From assembly GCF_001194135.2 (NCBI RefSeq), contig NC_068981.1, positions 61,693,730-61,727,391 on the forward strand: a stretch of DNA of 33,662 nucleotides, in the 5' to 3' direction. Shown here piece by piece: positions 21,305-33,575 of the stretch. The translations under genes and the position numbers were made by a program. Numbering within the stretch: position 1 is the stretch's first letter; every line of letters starts with the position of its first letter. The notes below the pieces were generated by a model. That model did no database searches and was not told the DNA's origin. It was given only the letters and a program-made list of their open reading frames with translations. This DNA is from Octopus bimaculoides. Lineage: Eukaryota.

Positions 21305-24300
21305 ATTATTATTATTATTATTTATATTTGTATATATGCATATATATATATACAGACGCGCGGAAGTACACACGTATGCGTTATAATTCTTATTATTTGG
21401 TTATTCATCTATTCATAGGTTCAAATGGATACATGTCATATACAGATGTATGTTGTGTAATACTTAGCTTTCAGCGACTTCTTATGTCGTGTATATGTTA
21501 GCGGAAATAGTGATATAAACGAAGTCATTGCGTCATTACGTATAAGCTCGAAGCAAGAATTGGTAACGACTTAATTATACCATGTAATGCGAACTGCGTC
21601 ATGGTTTCAGTTGATGAATACAAACATTTAAATATTCTGTTGTTTTCCTCTGGGTCTTTTTTCTTATTCATATTGAAATGACTGCTTATATTCATCTTTT
21701 CATTAGTGTTAATGCTCACACATTAACAACATCCATTTTGTTTATCAGTACTGACATTTTCTATAGATTTTTAAATAATAAAAGTAAATATAATATATCT
21801 GTTGATATCAAGTACAAACATGGCATATAAAAATATGCAAAAGAATATATTCATGTGTGTGTGTGTGTGTGCGCGCGCGCAAAGAATATAGACAGTTTGA
21901 TAGATATGTACTTATGTTCTCTATAATTATATTCTCCACCTATATGCTTATTTGTGTCTTACATCAGTTTTTATGCATTATCATGTATACGCATCACATT
22001 GTGTTGCTAAGTGTAGTTTTGAATTGTTTTCATTGATGTTTCTTTGCTACCACTTTCACGTTGATGACAATAAAATATTATTTATGAGTAAATATATTTG
22101 CATTAGAATACACTGTACTTACTACAGCATATACTGTGAAATATGAAATCAGAGTATACGTTTGATACGATTAGCTGAACGAGGTACAGTATGATATAAA
22201 TGTGATATCCGTCTTCTACATTAGATCTTCTATATTAGGTCTTCTACATTCCACACCAACCGATGTGCTTGACCTTTTATAACCGGTCGGTTGAACGGAT
22301 TACAATGAAAAAAAAATACTGCAGGCCCTTTCCGTACATACAGCCGAGGACTTCGGTGTAGTGCTGCCGAAGATGTAGAAATCAATCATCACTTGTTTGC
22401 ATAGAGGAAGCTAAAATCGGTTTAGATAAATTTTATTGTTAGATGCCAGGCATTTACTTGTTCACCTTCGCACATTTGTATTTGAAGTAGAAATAACCTG
22501 AAAGCATCTGCTTTTATTAAATCGAAGTGTGATGATGCTGCTAATAAATGATCGAACAATGCTCGACGCAAAACCAAAGCCAGCATGGAAAAGCCATAAC
22601 AATATTTTTGACAAAACGTTGGCGTTTTTTTTGTTCCTAATATAGTTTTGGAATAAGTATGTGATTTTCTGCAGGTAGACGAAAGTGAGCATTGGCACCA
22701 TATTAATTATTTCATACAATAAAGAATTTGAAATGCAGACTGTTGTATAAAGGAATGTGTGCCAGACAAAATAAATGAGGGAGAAACAAGTTTCTATAGA
22801 TGGGATTTTACTTGGCATCCGATAAATTCGTCAGTCTAAAGCTTAGCTCTGTTTCAATCATTCTAAATTCGTTGACCATAGTATTACTACTTCAGTCATT
22901 CTTAGAACGTTGTACCAGTGCACTTTTAAGCAGTAATTTTTAGAGGGTGAATCGTAACAGCCACACATCGTAACAGTACAGATAGAGCGCTCTAACACCT
23001 ATGATTCTCTGTATTCTTTACTGTATGCTTACTTGTCGAAGTTTATATTCTGCACCATTGACAAATAGCCGCTTGATCTAGGTTTCAATAGAGCCAACAG
23101 AATCTACCTAAGAGAACAACATCGTATTTATGATGCTGAAAATACTGGAAATCAAGGCAACCAGGAACATTTTATAGAAATGATAACACGCATCATCCAG
23201 AACAAGCCTGTGGGATGGTAGCTTAGGAGACTAAATCGTATACGAAAATATGATATTTGTTACTACTGTTAGATTTACTATGACTGCAGGCTAGTTTCGA
23301 GTAGACATGGAGATGTATAAATTGGGAAATTGTTAAGATACAGTGGTTAGTCACACTTGTAAACTGGATGACTATATAAGTTCAGCCGAAAATACTCAAT
23401 GTTTATCATGGCTAATGTGGCATGCTATAGCTTTAACGTAGTAAAAAACAGAAGAGACCGGTACTTGTCAATTTATAGAAACAAGTGAACCGACTTCTTT
23501 CCAGTTCATGATTTTGAGAGTTCATCTGTCAACGCATCGCACTATTGATTACGTGGGATGAGGCAGTTGATACGTAGGTAGACTGTTAAAATAAAGAAAT
23601 TCTGCTGAGATACTTGAACACCGACGCTGTTGTGTGTCAGGTTACTATAAACGCAGAATATTTTCTCAAATTGTATTATTCTTCATAATCAACAAGGAAC
23701 TAGTCCGGGTATTTTGTATCGTGATCGTGGAGCGGAATGGACATCTTCATGTTAGCGCATATAGACATTTTTCAATATATTGTTGAACTGATTCATTGTG
23801 ACAAAAATGATTTGCTACTTCGGCGCAAACTCTTTATCAATAGAGATTTTTGATCCGACAGTAATTGAAGTTGATACATCTATTTCAGATGGTCTAAGGT
23901 ACACTTAGAAGTAGGATGAATTACTTAAGTATCTTATAGTTCAAATTACATTTCTTTTACAGAGACCAGCATCTCTGCAACACAGTTGATCACGTCTATT
24001 TTTCATAACTACGAGACGCACTCTTACAGTTAACTTGCAGATTTAGAGTAGTAAAATAGAAGGGCTGCTTTGAAACTCATTAGTGTCTCTTCTACATCTG
24101 ATCGTCCTGGAATTCATCAGAATATCGATAGTACTCTATCGGAAGCAAAACACTACTGTAAAAATAGAGCAGCCCTACATTCCTTGTGGGTCTGGTTCCA
24201 AAAATGTTTTTCGTACACCTCTGAAAAATCTTTTCAAAATATTTCAGATTTTGTAGCTTGTGCGGATCTGGAATTCTAGTCTCCACTCATGATAGTATTG

Positions 24301-26750
24301 TATATGATTACCAAATGGGAGGCGTTTCTGTAGAAATCTAGACCATTGGCTGAGAAATGCACCATTGTATGATACATATTGAGTAGTTTTCTTGAGTAAA
24401 GAAAAGTACTTGGTTTTAGAGTAATCATAAAATTTTGTTCAAATTGTATCAACACAGAATATTTATTTTAGCGTAAAATGTTGGGTAACTATATTTTAGT
24501 CTGTTTAGTAATACAGATTACAGTTTTTGGTGCGCAGAGAATACAAACAGTTCAAGACGGCCTTCTGTAGGGCAGTTATCAACAATCAGTAGGATTTCTA
24601 ACTCATTTGTTAGAGCATATAAGTTTGTGAGGACCTTCTGGGATATATTACCACAGAAAAGTTCTTGAAATACTTAGCTAGCTAATACTACCAGGATACA
24701 AATCGCACAGCCACACCAGCTCCATCTTATATAGAGGCTGGGCTTGCAGTTTTCCTCTTCTAGGGGCAATATCAAAAAGACATCTATTTTTGAGAATAGA
24801 CATTTATTCTTTCAATCAAGCCATCATCTACTTTTCAAGTTTCTACAAGGGAAGGAGAGTGAGAGAGAGAGGAAAAGGAAGTGTTCCACTCCAGTGTGTT
24901 TGCCAAAGAGTGAGTGATTAGTGAAATCTTAAGTTACTCTCGTTTAGCTGTTGTAGTGTTTCTCCTTTATCAAGAGGTTTGATCATGCGTGATTTCATAT
25001 ATATTATCTACTAATCATGATTTCTATTTCATATCACACCTTATCTTCACTTTTCTTTTTCACCCTTTTTTGTGTAAAACCAACTTCTAAGATAAATTGG
25101 TGTATAATGTCCATTTCAACTGATGCCACGATTATTATTATTGCTGTTGATGCCGTTATTATCACTCTTGCTTTTTTTATTATCATTGTTGGGGAATTTT
25201 TTTGTCTACTTTTGTATTTTCTTATGACTGTTGTTTGTCCATGGCAATCGCAGCTGATGTTTTTTTCTTTTTTTTTTTTGCTAGTATTACTGGTGCAGGT
25301 CTTTCCAAAAGTTCATGGTTTGCAGAATACTACTTAGAAAATAACTGCTTCGGGATCACTTTCTGACACATATTGTGTGGGAGGCGGGATGTGATGTTTG
25401 CCAGGAAAATATTCGGCACTTTTTGACTGTCTAAAATATAAACAACTGATGGCGAAAAGTTTGGATATATCGATATTTTTACTTGTATATAAAGTTTTGG
25501 ATAACATTCCGTTTGAAATATTTACATGTTTTCGACATGACCTCTTGGGAATTAATAGGATCGTCTGTTTTCTTCAGTCTCTGTAACAGTAATATAGACA
25601 AATCCTGCCATCTGATTGACAAATGAATGAGAACCGCACGCACACAGACAGCGCTCGAAGCGTAAACAATATTTTCAAATGCAAGATGTAAAAATAAATG
25701 TTTGTAAAACACCATGAATAGCCAAAGTATGCATGCTTTAATTGAATAATATGATTTCCGAAAGTTATTGAAAATCTGTGGCGGGTCTAGAGAGAGAATG
25801 GGGTAAGGAGTACGAGTTTAGACAATATTTTCAGGAGGTGGAATATTAACATGGTTCCATTCATGTAGCAGTTTTCTCACACGTATCCGAGTTTTGTACA
25901 TATTTCTGTATGTTTTGCTCATAGAAAGATTGATTGCCTTAAGTATATTTACTCGGATGCTGCCTCACCCAACAATTATTTTACATACTTCAACGCCATC
26001 CTGCTATTCGTTTTCTACTTCTCTTTATAATAAGGCTATGAATTGTGCATATAAAGTAATTAGCATAAAAATAGATAAACGAGATGGACACGTTTTAAAA
26101 TCACTTCTATTGGTTTAACGCTTAATATGTAAGGAAAAGCACTTGATGTTTCGGATGCTTGTCGTTTATCAGCAATAGTGGAAAACGAGAATGAATGGGA
26201 AAACTAGAGGAGAATGAAAGTTGGTAGAAAAGAAAGGAAAATGTTTAGGGACCAGGTGAAAATGTAGTTCTTGGGAGGAGTTAGGCAGAGATGACTGGGT
26301 GGGGACGTATGTGCATTTACAGAAGATGAATATAGAAAACGAGTGTGCGTATAATAGCTGCATATGATTTTCTTGGGGTGTGTGTGTGTGGTATCCAAGT
26401 GTGGAAGTAAAGCCGTGTTGGATAGTAGTTGTGTGGGAGAATGGTGCGTACGTTTCATCGTATTGTGAGAGAAATACGAAGGGGAAGTGGAAACGAAGGT
26501 AGGAAAAACACTGAAGTGAATAGTATAAATAGTGAGAAAAGTATCTTAATATATATTATAGGCTGAAAATTAAATAAAATGATAGCACTGGTGATAATCA
26601 AGAAGTTATGTAGTAGCTACGATTCCCCAAAATGACATAAAAGAAAAATATACAGTTAAAAGCTGAAGAAATAATATTGTAAATATATGACGATGACAAG
26701 AAGAAAAAGGAAATACGACTGAAAGTTATGATTTGAAGAGCATTTTTCAT

Positions 26751-26794
<44 letters not shown>

Positions 26795-27079
26795 TGAAGA
26801 GAGAGTTCAGAAGCACAGTGGCGGCGAATTTTAAAGGTGAAGCGAGGCGAAACCGTAACCCCAGTAGTAAATTCCCGCAGTGAAAAATACAAGGAAGGAA
26901 AGCTGAGGTGAATCTAAAGATCGTGTAGAAAATTCAAAGAAAAGTAGACTACGGAAAATGCAAAGGTGCAAAATGGGTGCGACCCAGGTTTTGCTTTAAA
27001 ATTTATTTGGAACTGAAAGGTAGATTTGTTGGCTGAGTGTGGGCAGATAATGTAAGCTTACATAATAATATGAATGACT

Positions 27080-27250
27080 GGTGTGTTAAAGTGCGTGTGT
27101 GCATATACTTGTATTGCTGTGCGCGAGCGCGTGTTTTATGCTTCTGCGAGCGTGTATTTGTATGTTTCTGTTTACGTATATGTGTGCGTGCATGTTTTTA
27201 TCGCTGTACGCGCGCGCGCGCGTGTGTTTGTGTTTGCGCACATACGCTTG
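27080..27250. repeat. Degenerate (TG)/(CG) low-complexity tract
   Basis: Direct reading. Confidence 0.75.
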
Positions 27251-27789
27251 TATATCAAAGCCGACAAAAGAGTCAGGACTTGAAAGCTGACTGCTGGAGT
27301 CAGAGCAAGCAGGATCAGTTGTCAGGCAAAGTGGAGTGGGTTGGTGGCAGGAAAATGTGTGAGACAGGAAGAATGTAAGTGTATGTGTATGCACTCTAGT
27401 ACATGTGTAGTTCAATAACTTAGGTTAGCATAAGCTACAATGTAAGTAAAAGTTTATATGTTTTGTACGCGGGTCTCAATGTGCGTGGGTACAGTTTTCG
27501 ATGTATGTTGGTATGTCCTTCTTCGTGACAGATTGTATAAGTGAACGTGTGCATGTGTGGATATTCAAAAGGTATGTGAGCATCATCTCTATAACTATTG
27601 TACAATGTTGCATTCTTTTTGCAAGGAAATTCTATGGTCGAATTATATTCCTAAAATATCTGAGGGAAAATGTATCACTAAAAGATAACAAAAAAAACCC
27701 CAGGAAATTTACTCTAATACAGATATATTATATGGTGTACAATATTCTATGAATATATCAAGTTCGTTTCACTGAATAACCAATAAGCC

Positions 27790-28130
27790 AAATAATATTG
27801 ACTTCTGGCAAGACGATTGTATTCTTTGCGACAGAAACGTGTAAGGAACAACTCATGGAACAGCAGCTTGCACTGACATGAAAAATTGTAACCGATATCT
27901 GTGAATCTAAAATGTGAGTGTATATCCTCTGATCTTCAGTTTTGTATGGCTCGGCAAAATATATTTCAACCACACGCAACGAATCTCGTGGATAAGTGGC
28001 ATCACTGGAAACAGAACAACTAGAATACGGCATCGGAAATATTCGTGACTGACTAATGCCAACGTGATGGAAAATCCCATCGGGGAAGAGAAACTTGAAA
28101 GGGCTTCTTCTTATCAGGATACATAAATTC
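27790..28130 (+). mobile_element. Decayed RTE-clade LINE RT C-terminal remnant
   Basis: Across frameshifts: KRVRNNSW, KM*VYIL*SSVLYGS and RI..*LTNANVME, matching RTE KRVW..KxxVY..SxLLYGSETW..RILGIxWxDRVTNxxVL. Confidence 0.45.
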
Positions 28131-29689
28131 ATCTATCAGATATTACTTTTCCATAGTGCGAACGCTAACAAATAAGAAAGGAAACTCTTCACAAATTGCA
28201 TTCGTATGTCTTCCATTTTCTTTACCTTCCAAAAAATCATTTGCCCTTTTCTCCCTCTTCTTTCGTTACGTTATCATAATGTATTTATTACACATTGTGA
28301 ATGTCCGTATACTAAAAAGATTCAAGTATAGTGAAATAGATATAAACGAATATTGAGAACCATGCCATTGTATATGATTATTGAAATATCTCTAGTGGAG
28401 AGGATAAACATAAGCAGGAACAAAGAGAAATAAAAGCTAATAATATTGACTTGTAGTAAGGAGACTATCTCTTTTGAAATTGTTACAAATAATATACGAT
28501 TAATGAAACAAGAGAGTGCAGTACCGATTTTTGTTTGGTTACTAGTTCCAAATACAAGTTATTCTGAATAAATGAATATTTCATGAAACATTAAAGTTAA
28601 CGAAATGAACAGAGTGAAATATCCCTTTTCAGTATATACAATTGAATGTATAATTTATTCGATTCTCTTTACAGAATTCTCTAAAATTATTATGGAACGA
28701 AATTAAAAGTGAAAGAATAAAAATAAATCATAGAGTCAAGATAGAAACAGAATAATATTAATACAAATATTTAGTACAATAATTAAGGCAAAAGAAGTAA
28801 CAGGAAATGGACGAAAATAACAACTGAATCAATTTAACCCCACCACAAAAAAAAAGGGACGCACAATTCATAATAAATATATATCAGGGAGACCAAATGA
28901 TGAAAGATAGAATGAAATACAGGAACGTTTGGAAGAAAAAGAATAGAAAAGTATAAGCTACTCAAGTAAATATCAAATATTTAAATAACACATTGACAAA
29001 CTAACACAGAAAGGAGAGACAGATGAAAAGAAAATAAACAAAAGGAAAAAACCAGGAAATTAATTGAACGTAAGTAATTACTTAAATTATGGTATACGCA
29101 ATTCAATGAATGGAATCAATATGAATATTAAGTAAATCAAAGTTACCGAATGACAATAACTGTATTAATAAAAGAATTAAAAGAGAGAATAACTGAGGCT
29201 CGAATGTAAGAAAAAGAAAAAAAAACTGAATAATGAATGATGCGTGCGAAGAATAGTGAATATGAAATATTCTCAACAATGAATGGAGATAAGAAACAAT
29301 TTCTTCTTTCCGACATCATGAAAGCTGCAAGAAAATGCTATTAATAATAAAAAAAAATCCTCCAGGCGCTACTAGCGATCCTCTAATTTCATCATCTTAC
29401 TTTCTTTTATGTGGACGCTGATAATAAAGAAACTATTCAAAATGTTTAGTAATGATATTCGGTGATTATCTCATAGAAAAAGAAAACGACAAGGAAATAT
29501 TGTTCAATGATATTTTGAGGAATGATCCACCGACACATATATCACTAAGTACAATAATGAAGAAATTTCATAACCTCAGTAAGGAGTCGTTAAACGGCTA
29601 TGATAGAGGCGAGAAATGGAAACTGAACAGTAATAGATTAAGTATTGGAATTATACACGCATGTATATCACACGAATATGCATATATAA

Positions 29690-29784
29690 ATAGATACACA
29701 CACACACATGTATTTGTACGTACAGCAATATCTATATATATATGTATATATGTATATTTATATATATATATAAGTATTTATATG

Positions 29785-29815
<31 letters not shown>

Positions 29816-29820
29816 GCGTA
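29690..29820. repeat. (CA)/(TA)n microsatellite
   Basis: Direct reading. Confidence 0.85.
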
Positions 29821-30065
29821 CTAAGAAACAAATGTACGTTCTTATAATATAAAATATTGTTCTGTGTTGATCGCATTTGATTCTTAGTCTGGCCGAACAC
29901 TTAAAGGAAGTCTATGCAAACAGAACAAGAACAACAACTTCAACAAGTAATCGTGAACCATAAACATATACGCACATACACACAAACACACACACATATC
30001 TATATGAGTATGTGTGCGCCCGTGTAGAAAACTAAGTTATTTTATTCCACACGGGTAGAAATGTA

Positions 30066-30364
30066 GGAAAAATAGAAGTTGAAATTGCACTGAGAATAGT
30101 TAAAATATTGTTTAATAATATATTTAAAGCTTTAAATGGTTTCACAATTCACACTGATTTTCCAAAAGTTCGAATAGGAAGACGTGGCTTGTGTTGCAGC
30201 TGTCTTGCTTCTGACTAGACTTTGAAACTTGTGCGACAAAAACCACGTCTTTTTACTTAAACTTTTTGAAAATCAGTGTGAAATGTGAAAGGGGTTACAG
30301 CTTTGAACATATTAATAAAAAATATTTTAACTATTCTCAGTGCATTTTCAACTTCCATGTTTCC
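30066..30364. mobile_element. Foldback, MITE-like element with ~133 bp inverted arms and a ~33 bp loop
   Basis: 30066-30198 aligns to the reverse complement of 30232-30364, e.g. GAAGTTGAAATTGCACTGAGAATAGTTAAAATATT with one mismatch. Confidence 0.75.
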
Positions 30365-30387
30365 CCTCTCGTTCTCTCTCTCTCTCT

Positions 30388-31145
30388 NNNNNNNNNNNNN
30401 NNNNNNNNNNNNNNNNNNNNNNNNNNNNNNNNNNNNNNNNNNNNNNNNNNNNNNNNNNNNNNNNNNNNNNNNNNNNNNNNNNNNNNNNNNNNNNNNNNNN
30501 NNNNNNNNNNNNNNNNNNNNNNNNNNNNNNNNNNNNNNNNNNNNNNNNNNNNNNNNNNNNNNNNNNNNNNNNNNNNNNNNNNNNNNNNNNNNNNNNNNNN
30601 NNNNNNNNNNNNNNNNNNNNNNNNNNNNNNNNNNNNNNNNNNNNNNNNNNNNNNNNNNNNNNNNNNNNNNNNNNNNNNNNNNNNNNNNNNNNNNNNNNNN
30701 NNNNNNNNNNNNNNNNNNNNNNNNNNNNNNNNNNNNNNNNNNNNNNNNNNNNNNNNNNNNNNNNNNNNNNNNNNNNNNNNNNNNNNNNNNNNNNNNNNNN
30801 NNNNNNNNNNNNNNNNNNNNNNNNNNNNNNNNNNNNNNNNNNNNNNNNNNNNNNNNNNNNNNNNNNNNNNNNNNNNNNNNNNNNNNNNNNNNNNNNNNNN
30901 NNNNNNNNNNNNNNNNNNNNNNNNNNNNNNNNNNNNNNNNNNNNNNNNNNNNNNNNNNNNNNNNNNNNNNNNNNNNNNNNNNNNNNNNNNNNNNNNNNNN
31001 NNNNNNNNNNNNNNNNNNNNNNNNNNNNNNNNNNNNNNNNNNNNNNNNNNNNNNNNNNNNNNNNNNNNNNNNNNNNNNNNNNNNNNNNNNNNNNNNNNNN
31101 NNNNNNNNNNNNNNNNNNNNNNNNNNNNNNNNNNNNNNNNNNNNN
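30388..31145. other. Assembly gap between (CT)n and (TA)n
   Basis: N run. Confidence 0.99.
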
Positions 31146-31633
31146 ATATATATATATATATATAAGATGTTAGGAATAGGTATAGGAAACAAAATAATGG
31201 TAGTGAGATGATAAGTAAAGCCAAGAATTCACGTTCTAGAATAAAGGAAGTAATATCGTCCCCCACACCACTTTTTCTCTTAGAATAAGACATTTTCCCA
31301 AGGCTTCTTAGGATTCTGGAGGAGAACTTCCCAACGGGTCATAAATACTAGAGCATTTGCAATAAGTCTTCTATCAAGTTCTCTTACTCAGCAACGTCAA
31401 ATTTGTCCTTTATTATTGCATCTATAAATAGGAGCAAGTTAAATGGGGAAGTGCACTGGAGAGGTTCTTCTGATGGAAACCCCGGTTCTGGGCAGTTAAG
31501 TTCTGAAACGCCTAAGGTTAGTGATGCCAACATTTTGCTCTCACCAGGTGTATCGAGCCCCAGTAATAAGAGATGTGAAGACTGAATATGGGAAACCTGA
31601 CAAGTACTGTTAGCAGTAGAAATAAGGTTAGGG

Positions 31634-32083
31634 ATGGCCCTGAGAAAGTGTAATTGTCGAAACCTTGGATCATCTCCCCTTGATGGGTTTTGTCTAATTA
31701 CTAATGCAATTTATAAATGCGTTGTTAAGGATGAGGATAATTTAAATAAGTTTTATATAGGTAGTACAGTAATTTTTAAGGCTAGGTATAAGGCTTACAT
31801 GAGCTCATTTTCAAGTGAAAAATACTGTAGCTCTACCACACTCGCATCTTATAAACATGATCTAAAGAGAAATAATAAGAGTTATTCTCTTGAATGGTCC
31901 GTTATTTCCAGAGCCCCTTACTTCAGAGTAAATATAAATAAGTGTAAGTTTTGTGTAAAAGAATTCCTTGTCATCCTTAAGTCTTTTGGGCCAAAAAGTT
32001 TGAATATATTTACTGAGGTGTTCCCTTTTTGCAGCCAAATGTTTTCGTCCACCTTTTTGAAAGTGTATCGAAATAAAATGTAA
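31634..32083 (+). pseudogene. GIY-YIG endonuclease domain of the Penelope-like element (C-terminal part of a disrupted ORF)
   Basis: CNCRNLGSSPLDGFCLITNAIYKCVV...FYIGST..FKARY...SF...Y..STTLASY...LK...EWSVI...CKFCVKE...LN..E; in-frame stops upstream. Confidence 0.85.
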
Positions 32084-32306
32084 TAAAATTGATTAGCGTT
32101 ACGGAGTTTTGAAACGGGCGAGGTTGAATTTCAGTTAACTACAGCCACCTGAGTGTTTAGCAACAGACGTGTTTTTTTTTTGGTTTTTTTTAAAGAAAAT
32201 TTGGATGGTCCGCTGATGGGTTTTTCTTTTAAATTATATAAGCTTTTAATAACAGTATAAGATTTTTATAAAACAAGTTTGATCTGTGCGTGTTTCCTGT
32301 TTCCTG

Positions 32307-32392
32307 TTTATCCTGATGAGGTGTTCATCGCTGTGATGCACTCTAATGTAAATAAACTGCGGTGGTGAGCTCCCGAAATTGCCATAGACATA
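32307..32392 (+). ncRNA. Degenerate type I hammerhead motif with long stem II
   Basis: CUGAUGA 32313-32319, imperfect ~55 nt stem-loop II closed by G-C, GAAA 32375-32378, near-palindromic AUUGCCAU, AUA triplet, partial stem I (tttatc/GACATA). Confidence 0.45.
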
Positions 32393-32401
32393 TTTGAATG
32401 T

Positions 32402-32570
32402 TGAATTTTACCTGTGAAGTCTGCTTATTATGAACTCTTGGACGTACTTGTGTGAGGGGAGTAAAAGTCTTTTTTCAAGATGTATGTGAATTTGACCTGT
32501 GGAAGTCTGTTTACGGATGAAATTTGGACGTACGTGTATGAGGAAAGTAAAAGACTTTTTCAAATATATA
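32402..32570 (+). repeat. Two diverged tandem copies of an ~85 bp unit
   Basis: TGAATTTTACCTGTGAAGTCTG..TTGGACGTAC..GAGG..AGTAAAAG.CTTTTTCAA occurs twice. Confidence 0.8.
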
Positions 32571-32924
32571 TTTTTTTAATTTAAAATATAAATGTTAATA
32601 TTTTAATCGTCTGATAAAACTTTTTTTAGGCGTTGGACATTTATCTTATTGTGTTTTATTTTTACCTTTACTTATTTCATATTTCTCTATCAGGTTTTTT
32701 AGTAGATTTTGAATTTTTAGCCGTTTATATTTAACCTTTTGATAGGCCATTCTATTTGTATTTTATTCGATTATATATTTCTAGCTTTTGCCATTTCATG
32801 TATAAGTATTATTTTTATGTGTTTGGCAACCATGGTGATTTTTATATATGATAAAATATTTGAGCGGTGGTGTTGTATATAATCTCGTTGACCCAAATTT
32901 AATGTTTTTTCTATATCCAATGCT

Positions 32925-32925
32925 T

Positions 32926-32967
<42 letters not shown>

Positions 32968-32997
32968 CGTGTGTGTGTGTGTGCGCGTGCGTGTGTA
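32925..32997. repeat. (TA)n(TG)n microsatellite
   Basis: Direct reading. Confidence 0.9.
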
Positions 32998-33015
32998 GGT
33001 TATGAGAGGTAATGA

Positions 33016-33069
33016 TGTCAATACGACCCAAGGTGTCAGCATTACCTGACACTTTGGGTCGTATTGACA
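33016..33069. other. 24 bp-stem hairpin with a 6 nt loop
   Basis: TGTCAATACGACCCAAGGTGTCAG-CATTAC-CTGACACTTTGGGTCGTATTGACA, with one G-T wobble. Confidence 0.9.
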
Positions 33070-33220
33070 GACCATAGTTAAGCTCCAGGTTCGGTGAATA
33101 TGCGAATAAGGAGTACAAGGGAGGTGGTATATCAGCATGACTATATATAAAAAATATTCTTTACAAAATGAGATAAAAATCCAAGGCTGTGAAAGATTTT
33201 AGAACATTTATAAATAGAAG

Positions 33221-33268
33221 GTCTTAAAGGTCTTTCCGGGATATTTTATATATCACATCATCGGAGAC
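33221..33268 (-). ncRNA. Mutated hammerhead copy in the left arm
   Basis: GTCT-CCGATGA-TGTGATAT.ATATCCCG-GAAA-GACCTT-TA-AGAC; stems II and III disrupted. Confidence 0.4.
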
Positions 33269-33527
33269 GGTGTGAGGAAATTTCAAGAAAACCCTCGATT
33301 CACTAGCACTGTGGATAAGCTCTATACTTGGAATGACCGATACTATTCAAATACTATTGGAACTTACTCACAAGTTATTGGAATGTTATATGTATAGCAT
33401 TCTGCCTAAATAATGGATCTACAGATGTAATATCCCTGCATATCTCACATCTATTTTCATTCTTCCACTTCACTCTCTATTTCATATCTTATCTAAATTA
33501 ACTATTGCTTAACCAATTTCTCACACC

Positions 33528-33575
33528 GTCTCCGATGAAGGGATATAATAAATATCCTGGAAACAGCTGTAAGAC
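33528..33575 (+). ncRNA. Minimal type I hammerhead ribozyme, CCGAUGA core variant
   Basis: Stem I GUCU/AGAC, CCGAUGA, A-[GGGAUAU/AUAUCCU]-G, GAAA, palindromic ACAGCUGU, GUA triplet with predicted cleavage after 33571. Confidence 0.65.

Larger units (their letters stand above)
31165..32570 (+). mobile_element. Penelope-like element, 3' part: linker, GIY-YIG endonuclease and 3' repeat region
   Basis: Linker LLRILEENFPTGHKY*SICNKSSIKFSYSATSNLSFIIASINR, then a CNCR..PLxGxCL cysteine cluster and GIY-YIG domain, then a hammerhead-like motif. Confidence 0.85.

Noticed and set aside
22462-22818. 118 aa hydrophobic ORF as a membrane-protein candidate
   Set aside because: No family motif; hydrophobic ORFs of this size are common in AT-rich DNA.
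27758-28132. 124 aa minus-strand ORF
   Set aside because: Better explained as the antisense of a decayed RTE-like LINE.
29452-29847. 131 aa ORF
   Set aside because: The second half is microsatellite and the first half has no recognisable motif.
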